Shown: positions 55,069-64,000 of the stretch, in pieces | How positions within the stretch are numbered: position 1 is the stretch's first letter | Layout: each line of letters opens with the position of its first letter | From: Sphaerodactylus townsendi | Lineage: Eukaryota | Reading direction: 5' to 3' | DNA length: 64,000 nucleotides | Assembly (NCBI RefSeq): GCF_021028975.2 | Contig: NC_059427.1 | Span: 136,090,001-136,154,000 of the forward strand | Notes under the pieces: generated by a model | Seen by the model: the letters and a program-made list of their open reading frames with translations, nothing else | Databases searched by the model: none | Told to the model about the DNA's origin: nothing | Program-made: the position numbers and the translations under genes

Positions 55069-55575
55069 ATTAATCTTGATCTAGCTCTGGTTTGGACAGT
55101 CTCTCAGGGCTCTCAGCCTTTAGGGCGTCAGGGTCACTGTTCATTCTGCAGCTCAGCATCGGGATTGAAGACTCGACAACTTTTAGAGCCAATTCTTCAG
55201 TGCTCAGACTTTTAGCAAAGATTCCTGAAATAGGGAATCCTGAAGGTAACAGTTAGAGCAAGGATTTCTGGAACACGAATATCCTGGAGTAGGTCCTGAA
55301 ATAGGGACAAGATGGTGAGTAGTGGTTATTGAAATACACTACACAGGAGAGGGAGGAGGAAGGACGCTTTCTCAGAGGTCAAAGACAGGGGCATGGCCCC
55401 TCAGACCCCCCTTAAGGCACAAGTGCAATGGTAGAATAAAGGGAGGAAAGGGTACGCTCTTTCAGAGGTTTTAGATGGGAGGTATAGTGATAAGGATACC
55501 CCCGGAGACCCCCCTGGCAATAAGGTTGAGGTCAGTGGGACCAAGATGACCTATTGTTTTAAAGGTATGTAATTG

Positions 55576-55678
55576 CCGTGTTTCCCCAGGTATAAGACAG
55601 TATCTTATGTTGATTTTTGCTCCCAAAGATGTGCTGTGTCTTGTTTTTCAGGGATGTCTTATATTGGGGGAAACAAGG
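55576..55678. mobile_element. Tc2/pogo-like (Tc1/mariner superfamily) MITE inside the ERV
   Basis: TIRs ccgtgtttcccc...taagaca / tgtctta...ggggaaacaagg; TA on the right, TG on the left. Confidence 0.65.
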
Positions 55679-56859
55679 TAAAAGTTTAAATGGCTAGCCA
55701 AGAGTGTAAAAAGATTATTGTATTTAAAGTCTTCTTTTGTGAGTTTAGCTAATTTTTAGAGCTCTTTTATTTTAAGAAAATATTTCTGATAAAAAGAATT
55801 AAAACAGGCTGTTTAAAGTAAAAAGAAAAAAAATGCTTTTAGAGCAGTATTTTTTATCACAGGTCAGGGAGGAAAATCCTGCTCAGTGGTTCGATCATGT
55901 TTGTGTGTGAGAGAGAGAGGCTTTTTAGCCGTACGCGGGAACTGAAAGAAGGGGGAGCTGCAGCTATGTTAAAGTTTCTGTTTAGTTACAGAGACTAGAG
56001 GCATGGAGAAGCAAGAGTTTTTAGTTTAAGGAATGTGGAAAATGAGAAAGAGGCAGAGGGAAGAAGAAGAGGGGGTTGCCACCATTGGAATAAACAACCC
56101 TCTGCCTCGAGAAGGAATCAGAGTATAAAATGTAAAAAGGAGGGGAAAGCAGAATGATGTTTAAAGATGAATTTATGATGGCAGTTAAATAAGAAAGTAA
56201 ATTGAAAATAGGATGGATATTTATAAAACATAAATTGTAAAAAGGATAACATGAGGCTGGTCCTCAGTCCTTATAAACAGGGGCAAATGGGAGAGGAGAG
56301 CTAAAATGTTGCAACATTAATTAGGAGAAAGCAAATGCGTTTTTGAGGTAATAAAAGCATGTTTTGGAGTAAGTTAAAGTAACAGGATAAAGAAAAGGGG
56401 GCTGAGTTAGTTAGTTTCCTTAATGAAATGACATGTTTTAGTAATGCAACAAAATATGAATAGCATAGTAGTTTTAAGAAATTTTAAGATATTTGAACCT
56501 AGTGTTTTTAAAGATAATGTAGCCTTGTACCCAGTTTCCAAAGACCCCAAAAAATTTTAAACAGAGGTTTAGTATCAAGAACCAGTTTTTAATAGCTGCA
56601 GGAGAAACCAGGGGAAACTGGGGCACATGTTTGCACTTTTTAAAATTTAAAATTTCAGAATTGAAGTGAAGAGTAGAGCCTCCAGAAACGAACGCAGTAT
56701 TTTCTGACAGGCTGTCTGCTTCCAAATTGTTCAGGGAGAAAAAGCTGTATTGAATTACGTAAGATGAGATGGCAGGCTGCATGCCTGAAGAAAAAGGAGA
56801 GATAAAGAATTAACCCTTTTCTAACTGTGAGATGCCAGCTCCACTTAGTAAAGGGTGTG

Positions 56860-57266
56860 AAAGTCAATGAAGATAATTGAGGAACTGGAGCACTTTCCTT
56901 ATGAGGACAGGCTGCAGTGTTTAAGATTCTTTAGTTTAGAGAAGAGACGTCTGGGATATGATTGAAGTTTATAAAATTATGCGTGAAAAAAAATGTTGAC
57001 AGAGAAATTTTTCTCTCTTTCTCATGGCATTAAAAGCAGGGGCATACATTGAAAATGTTGGGGATACAAGGGGAGAGATTAGATTAATAAAAAAGAAACA
57101 TTTCTTTACGCGAATGTGTGATTAGTGTTTAAAATATGCTGCTACAGGAGGTGGGGATGGCCACCAGCCTGGATAGCTTTAAAAGGGTTTGGACAGATTT
57201 ATGGAGGAGAAGCCGAATCCATGGCTACCAATCTTGATCCTCCTTGATTTGGGATGGCAAACTGCC
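56860..57266 (+). mobile_element. CR1 3' fragment inside the ERV
   Basis: Aligns with 36853-37260; lacks the terminal UTR and tail and abuts pol sequence. Confidence 0.9.
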
Positions 57267-57269
57267 AGG

Positions 57270-57875
57270 AAATTTATGACATGCTCATTTGCTTAAATAT
57301 GAGGCTGTGTTACTGGAACAAACAGATTTAGTGTTAAACACAGACTCAAGAGTAAACCCAGCATCTTTCCTGCAAATAGATGGGAGCATAGAAGTAGGAA
57401 TTGACCATGACTGTTTAGGAATTGACACACTATCAAACTAAAACAAGATGGGACTTGGAGGAAGATCCCATTAAAGGAGAGCAGATTTGTTCATCAATGG
57501 CTCTTCTCGAATGGTAGAGGGGAAATGATGTAATGGATATACAGTTCTTCATGGAACTGAAATTCTAGAGCAAGGTTCCTTGCCCCTTGGTTGGTCAGCC
57601 CCAGACATGTGAATTATATGCACTGTGGAGAGCATTGCAGTTAGAGGAAGAAATGGGAATGTAAATATTTATACAAATTTAAAATATTTATATGGGGTTA
57701 TTTAGACCTTTGGGAAATTATGAAAGGAAAGAGGTCTTTGAATACAAGGGGCAAATCTTTGGCACACGAATAGTTAGTGGGAAAAGTTCTAGAAGCTCTA
57801 GAACTCGCAGGCCAAGTATCAGTGCTACATGTCAAAGGGTATCAAACAGGTAGCTCTGAAATTTTGGCTGACCAA
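57270..57875 (+). pseudogene. pol: ERV pol remnant: connection domain plus RNase H (copy 1)
   Basis: LLKYEAVLLEQTDLVL...NPASFL; LFINGSSRMVEGK*CNGY; WSA/QTCELYAL; IYTNLKY; TFGKL*KERG; HVKG. Confidence 0.85.
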
Positions 57876-57924
57876 GTAGAAAGAAAAAAAAAATATTTGG
57901 GGCACTTAATAGCACAAAGGAGGG

Positions 57925-58135
57925 TGACTGTTTTTAAATGGGTTTTCTAGGGTAATAGAGGGAAAAGGCACAATGGGTTTGTAGTAGTGGATGGGGAAAC
58001 AAGTAAAATTTTAGAGGCAAAGAGACTGCCTAATACCTGGTCAGCCCAAATTTGTGAGCTTTATACATTGAATTAGGCATTACAAAATTTAAAATACCAA
58101 GATGGAATGCTTTTGGAGTGTCATACTTTTTGGGG
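57925..58135 (+). pseudogene. pol: ERV RNase H remnant (copy 2, different lineage)
   Basis: LFLNGFSRVIEG/KRHNGFVVVDGETSKILEAKRLPNTWSAQICELYTLN*ALQNL. Confidence 0.8.
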
Positions 58136-58779
58136 GAAAAAAAAGGATTCTAGGATAGAAGGGGAAAGGGAAGTTGCTCTAGAATCAGGGGTGTGGTTTA
58201 TGAGAGATGGTCACAAGTGGATTGGTAGAGCAGTAGCCTATTTAGTGCTGCTTGGGGTAAGCCACTAAAAGTATTAGGGTGTTGGAAAACAACAATAAAT
58301 GTTTTTGATAAAGTTTTATAATGAGAGATAGGGTAAATAATTGTATAAGAATTATAAAATTTGTAAGGGGAAAAAGGGTTTGTGTTTTTGTAAAATGTAT
58401 TAAATATATATAGTTTTTTAAAAGTAATGTAGGGGGGAAAGGTCAAGGGGTATGTAATTATGAAAGATATGGAAAGAAAAGAGGGGAAAAGTAGAGATTG
58501 GAACATGAGTAAATATAGTCAAGCGAATTCTGGCCTGATAAAGAAAAGTCTGTTTTAAATTAAAAATCCTTTTTAGTTTATTTAGAGTTCAAACATAACC
58601 ATGGGATTATATTTTTTGTTTTTTAAGTGATGTGCAGCATTTTTGTATGGAATGTCATTTTATCACATGAGGGGGTAATTTTTGAAATCAATGATTGTTA
58701 TTAGGAAATGTGCTGCTGGTCTGGCCTTTGTTTCTGTTTTGTTTTACGGCAGGCGGCTTTATTACGAGATCCCGACACG

Positions 58780-58960
58780 AGTCCAGATCATAAGTTCTTG
58801 CCTAGAGACTGAGTCCTGTTGAAGCACTGAAAAAAAAAAAGAGTCCTTAGGAGGCAAAAGTAGGACGGGCCTTATTAAGTGCTGTTGGACGCATAGAGGT
58901 ATCAGTAAGGACAGAACGCGGATGGGCTTATTATATACGGGACAAAGCTTCATTGCCTCT
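58780..58960 (+). pseudogene. pol: ERV integrase C-terminal (GPY/F) remnant
   Basis: HKFLPRD*VLLKH*K...TGPY*VLL...VRTERGWAYY. Confidence 0.75.
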
Positions 58961-59840
58961 TGAGCCTGAACTGCTGTTATGCTTCCAGACCAGCTGTTTA
59001 AACTGACTTTGAGAAGAAAGCCAGACAACAAAACTGAACTTAAATTTTAATATTTAACTTCAGGACATTGACAGTTGAAAACTATAAGAAGACAATCCTG
59101 TTGGATACTAGAGAAGAAATTACAGAACTTTGCTTTTTAATTTAAAACCCCCTTTGACTTCCTTATGGACTTGATTTGAAAAATGAAGGACTTTTGTGTA
59201 AAAATGGGAGAGATAGGAGTTTTCAGATAGTGGGGAGGGTGCACTGGTGTTATCATTATTATGGAAAGGAGAGAAAAGAAGCTTCTAGCTTCTAAGACTA
59301 ATAGATTCCTGGGTACGGTGGTAGAGGTATCAAGACTGAGGCCTACAGTACTCTAATTGGTAAAATGGGTGGCAATATTGTAATCAATTCTTTTGATATA
59401 AGTGGTGTCATATAGTACATGCATTATATTAGTGGTGTGGGGGTTACCTTTTTCTAGTGTAGACAGAATGTTATAATAATAAGTTTTATAAAGTAGTAAG
59501 GTTAATGTTATTAGTGGCAAATGTTCTAAAATGTTGAGTATGCTCTAGAGAGCCTTTTTCTACTTGAGAGATGGGTTGGGTGGCTTACTAATTGAATTTC
59601 TTATTTGTGGTTAAAAAAAAATGTCTTTATGTTTATTTTAATGGTGACATAGTAATGGGTTATTATATGTATTTGTATGCAATGTTTATTACCTTTAAGC
59701 AGTTGTGCACATGCTACACGTCACAAGGTTTAATGGCTTTAGTTACAGAAAAGCACACTTATTTTAGAAAAGCACCAAGTTAACGCAGAGAAAAATAATA
59801 CAATTATGTAAATGCAAGTTTTAGTGGCTTAAAACAGTAT

Positions 59841-59860
59841 GAAAAAGGAAAAGGATGGAT
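59841..59860 (+). promoter_or_regulatory. Polypurine tract
   Basis: gaaaaaggaaaaggatggat immediately precedes the 3' LTR. Confidence 0.85.
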
Positions 59861-60487
59861 TGATATGTACACATATATAGTTCACAGTGTTTTAAGCCAT
59901 ATATATATATATATAGTAGCCTGCACAAAAGGGTGGAGCATGTTATATAAAATCATCTTAGCTAACATCCCTGCAGAGGCTTGGAATTGAAGTTGCTGAA
60001 AATCAGGTAAACACAAGGAATGTGAAGGGGTGCCAAGGAGCAGCCTGACACTAGCTCTAAGTTGAAAGGAACGGGGCCTCTCAGTAGAGATTAGCTAGCA
60101 AGACGTTCACAAAATAGATAAGAGTTAGCAGAAGACTTGATTGCTATAGAAACTGTGTACATGAGGTGTTTTTAGACTCAAGTAACATTAAAAATATGAG
60201 ATGGAAAGGTGTGGTAAGAGGTGGGATAAGATGACCAGGTCTGTACGTTCACTTGACTCAACCCAATGAGCAAGAAACGGGGAGGTATGTTTTTGTAACT
60301 ATAAATTATGTTACACAAGCAACAGCCCCTTTGAACCTCCTCCCTGTTGCTAACAGAGGAGAGTTCCCTCTTCTGCGCAGAATTGAAACAATAAACTCTG
60401 AACACTGAAGAAGCTTATGGATGGTTATTTGTGAGTAACCGGACAGAGTTTTAGCTCTGAACACAGGGCTCTGCCCTGTGCCTAACA
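59861..60487 (+). repeat. ERV 3' LTR
   Basis: Direct repeat of 54426-55048. Confidence 0.95.
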
Positions 60488-60901
60488 CTAGGATAGATAG
60501 AGATGCAGGATGCATGTCCTGCCATCATGGTACCAAGATGGAGAAAAGAGAAATGTGGAAGGAAGTTTCAGACAGAAGGAAGATTCCCGGAGAGTAGCAA
60601 TCTACACATCAAAGGTATAGAATCAGAGCAGCAAAAAGGAAGTGAAGACAACTGCCTTTTGACAAGACTACCTTGAAAGAAGAATGGAAGAGAAAGCAAG
60701 GATTCAACTATTTTTCTATAAGAGTTCAATTCAACGAGCTGGAGAAGGTTCAACTAACACATCATTTATCCTTCAGAAAGCTTATGGAACTAGTTTAGAT
60801 GTCCCTCTTCTGTGGCCTAAATCACTGGTTTTGTGACATTTCCTGCCCTGCCAAAACCAAACTATATTATTTAGAACTGTCCTTAGACAGTAACTGTCTA
60901 A

Positions 60902-61030
60902 GGCTGATTCCGTATGGGCCAAAAACAGCAGTGTGAAAACGTTGTGAAAATGGTGTAAAAGGATTTAAAACAGTGTAAAAGGGTTTATACTGTTTTCACA
61001 CTGCTGTTTTTGGCCCATGCGGAATCAGCC
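60902..61030. mobile_element. 129-bp palindromic Harbinger-type MITE
   Basis: About 39-bp TIR ggctgattccgtatgggccaaaaacagcagtgtgaaaac. Confidence 0.8.
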
Positions 61031-61902
61031 TCTGTAACTGTCCTTAGACATTCATTTCAGGCTGGTGTTAGGGCTTTTTCCATTGGAATCAGGCTGTGCA
61101 GAGATAATCACTTTTCAGAATCTTTTGGATGGTACTGAAAAACTGGTTTTGCTTGTGGCACACAAGGATATTTTTACTGCCCCTTTCTGGATCTCTGATG
61201 AAACAGTTTCGCAGGGTTTTGCAAGGCCTGATGCTTCACTTCTAAGAAGCCAAAAACTAATAACCAGAAAGCATGGCAAACACAGCTGCACACAGACCAG
61301 CTTCAATTTTGGTGGGGCTGTCTAGGGAAAATGACTTCTGGACAATTCTTGCAGTGAGCAAGATACACAAACATAGAATGCCAGGAGTAATTTTGGAACT
61401 GGATTGAATTCTTTTCTTAAATACATGATTAAAGGATGCAATATATTAATGCACTCTGGTTCGGCATCTTCAAAAGAAAAAAGTATGGCTTTAGAAGTGG
61501 AATTAACTAGACAGATTTATTCATCTAGCTGAGTCATCATTCATCATTCAATTGACTTCAGTGAGGTAAGAAATAATTGTTGTCTTCAAGTATTAGGAAA
61601 GTTTAGTGAGAACAGGTTTTTGCCCTACCAGAGGAAATTTCCTTGCATTTCCTCTACCATATTTCTATAAAGCTAATAATGGTGGAAACCATTCCTATTC
61701 CCAGTAGGATGGAAATTCTGCCACTTGCTCCAGATGAAAAGTAATATACCGGTAGATTTATAAAATTGGAGTACATTTTCTATGTGATAAGGCTAAAAAC
61801 TATGGGGATTTTAAAGCTCGCAGGGCCTTCCCTATTCCCTCTCCACTTCCCCTGATCTACCTACCCAGGCCCAGTGGAATGTGACAAGCCTTCTATCCAT
61901 TC

Positions 61903-62261
61903 ATATGGGAGTACCCAATATGGTGCCCAAGGGTGCCATGGCACTTACCAGCACCTTTTCTGGCTCCCCAAGTGTTTTTAGGCCTGGAGAAGGTCAAAGT
62001 AGAACTTTTGCCAGCAAGGCTTTTGATTGGCTATTGGTGACTTGGTTGGCTATGCAGATATTTTAAAATGTTGCTGTGGCAGCAGCCCCCAACATAGCAC
62101 AAGGAGCTTCACTGTGTGACTGAAGCTAAGCTGAGGCAATCACTGTTTGGGCTCCACCTACTGCAGCAGGCACATTGTAGCAGTCATTTTGTGGCTGCAT
62201 TCACCATACTATCTCATAATTCTAAATGTGCCTTCAGGTTCTAAAAGGTTGAGGACCCCTG
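61903..62261 (+). mobile_element. Old hAT-type non-autonomous element
   Basis: Homologous to 9066-9369; ends aaaaggttgaggacccctg. Confidence 0.55.
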
Positions 62262-62309
62262 TGCTCTTGTCTTTTGAATAAGTACAGGAGAAACTATTGC
62301 AGAGTAAAT

Positions 62310-62450
62310 GGCCCCTTCCGCACACGGAAAATAATGTGTTTTCAAAACACTTTCACAACTGTTTGCAGGTGGATTTTGCCATTCCGCACAGCTTCAAAGA
62401 GCATTGAAAGCAGTTTGAAAGTGCATTATTCTGCATGTGCGGAATGAGCC
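62310..62450. mobile_element. 141-bp Harbinger-type MITE, family A
   Basis: Copy of 23155-23295 with perfect 3-bp TSD AAT. Confidence 0.9.
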
Positions 62451-62734
62451 AATGATTACAGCAAGCTGCTGGTAGCTTTTCACTATGTTTAATGGGGAGG
62501 GACAGGGCTGGGACAGTAACCCCAAAAGTGAGAACAGGAGTGCTAAAATGGGATCCTGCTTACATCTGAGAAATTCTGGATAATGTGTAACCAAAAAAAT
62601 TAACGGGAATGTATTTGATTGTATCTGTAAATATATATCCAACCAAGCAGCCAATAGTCCTTGATACAGTGAACATTGTGTGTATATCAAGTTTGGTCAA
62701 GTAGCACATGACTTACAGAAAACTCAGCAAGGGG

Positions 62735-62860
62735 AAGTGAGAAGCAAATGTGGTTTACCATTGCCTTCCACTGCAAACTCTTCTTTGGTGGTCTACCTTC
62801 CAACTACTGACCCTGCTTAGCTTCTGAGAGATGACAAGATTGGTTATACCATGCTGCCTT
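62735..62860 (-). mobile_element. 5S-derived SINE fragment
   Basis: Reverse strand atctctcagaagctaagcagggtcagtagttggaaggtagaccacc...ggcaatggtaaaccac. Confidence 0.55.
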
Positions 62861-63801
62861 CCCTCCCACAGTGGACACTAAATATATTTAATAATGATTA
62901 ATCAAATTGTATCATAAAATGGTTGCCTTTAACATTGCTGCCAACTGGCAAAGCCAGTAGGAATTGCCTAGGAGTATAGTCAGGGTCATGATTATGTTTT
63001 TAAAGTCAGCCCTGGTTTCTGTTCTGGCTTGGAGAAGCATTATCTAAAAGACAGCTCTTGGCTTAGAGTGATATGGAAGGAAACCAAGAGTTCTGTCTGC
63101 ATTCCACCAAAGTCAACGGCTAAACTCCTATTGACTTCAATTGGATTACATTTGCCCCCTAAACGTCCAGCAGGCTTTTCGAACGGATGTTGCACTGGCA
63201 GGGATAATACCCTGTGATTCTCTCTGTGAAATCAAATATGGATTATCTCTCCCTGTACTTGGAGAAGGGTCCCTGTAGAGTGCACTGTGATGCTTTCGAA
63301 ACAGGGCCAATTTAAAAGCAGCTTTCTCTAAGTAACTAGCAGAATGCTCTGTGAATCCACAAGTATGCCATTAATTAATGCTCCTTAAAAATGTAGTCTT
63401 TGGGTGGTTCCGTGTTATTCTGCCCTTCGTAATGAATGCAGTTTTTACAGTTAAAGGCAATGTTTACATTCATTGTATGAACTAGGTCTAGCTGTAATAA
63501 TTAACGCAGCAATTAGAATACTGCCCATTGTAATTCATAACATCAAAGGAAATAATTTTATCATCAGCAGTTGAGGTCAGTGAATACAAAGATTATGTGG
63601 TTTTTTTTAAAAAAAAAACTGGAAAACTGTAGTTGAAACACAGTCATACACATGTAGCTGACAAAGAAATGTAAACGGTGCAATTTCATCAATGGAATGT
63701 GCTGCAGACATGGAAAGACATGGAAAAAATACTAATCCAGGCCAAGCTTTGCTATACAGAGGGATATTCCAATGAGATGAAAAATGCATGGAAAATCCCA
63801 A

Positions 63802-64000
63802 CATGGTGTAGTGGTTACTGCATTTGATTAGGGTCCATGAGGGCCAGATTAGAATCCCCACTCTGCCATGGAACCTTACTGGGTGACCTTGGGTCACTCA
63901 AACATCCTTAACCTAAACTACTTCACAGAGTTGTCAGGATAAAATGGAAGAAAGGTAAACAATGCAAACCACTTTGGGTCCCCCATGGGGAGAAAGGCAG
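63802..64000 (+). mobile_element. Old tRNA-derived CORE-type SINE
   Basis: tggtgtagtggtt head, ctgggtgaccttggg body, L2-like 3' end at the window edge. Confidence 0.7.

Larger units (their letters stand above)
54426..60487 (+). mobile_element. Full-length defective class I ERV provirus (HERV-I-like, tRNA-Ile primed)
   Basis: Two ~625-bp LTRs, 4-bp TSD CTAG (54422-54425 and 60488-60491), PBS, PPT and degraded pol remnants. Confidence 0.95.

Noticed and set aside
59400-59790. env transmembrane remnant in the ERV
   Set aside because: Position and hydrophobic pattern are suggestive, but it is too degraded to show an ISD or CX6CC motif.
8503-62450. Recurring palindromic repeats as CRISPR-like or REP-like arrays
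   Set aside because: Eukaryotic context, dispersed copies with TSDs and no regular spacers; they are MITEs.
63259-63309. Hairpin ggtccctgta...ctgtga...gaaacagggcc resembling a type III hammerhead
   Set aside because: Lacks the CUGANGA core and a separate stem I/II; it folds as a simple hairpin.

Overview
Non-coding, repeat-dense vertebrate DNA, almost certainly from a squamate and probably a gecko (Squam3-like, Sauria and 5S-derived SINEs, CR1, RTE, L1, L2, Penelope-like elements, hAT and Harbinger MITEs, ERVs). No host protein-coding gene could be supported, so this looks like a large intron or intergenic region. The only recognisable ORFs are transposable-element remnants. Main points: (1) A complete 6.06 kb class I ERV (54426-60487; 4-bp TSD; tRNA-Ile PBS, HERV-I-like) has young LTRs but a decayed mosaic interior. 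The interior carries two different RNase H remnants, a captured CR1 fragment, a Tc2/pogo-like MITE and heavy G>A plus C>T hypermutation. (2) A 241-bp Penelope-derived palindrome with a minimal hammerhead ribozyme on each strand sits at 37491-37731. (3) A solo LTR is inserted in reverse orientation inside a related solo LTR (32455-34658). (4) A 5'-truncated Neptune-type Penelope element lies at about 12670-14700. (5) Many Harbinger-type MITEs share one TIR motif. All family names come from recognition by eye, not from database searches.
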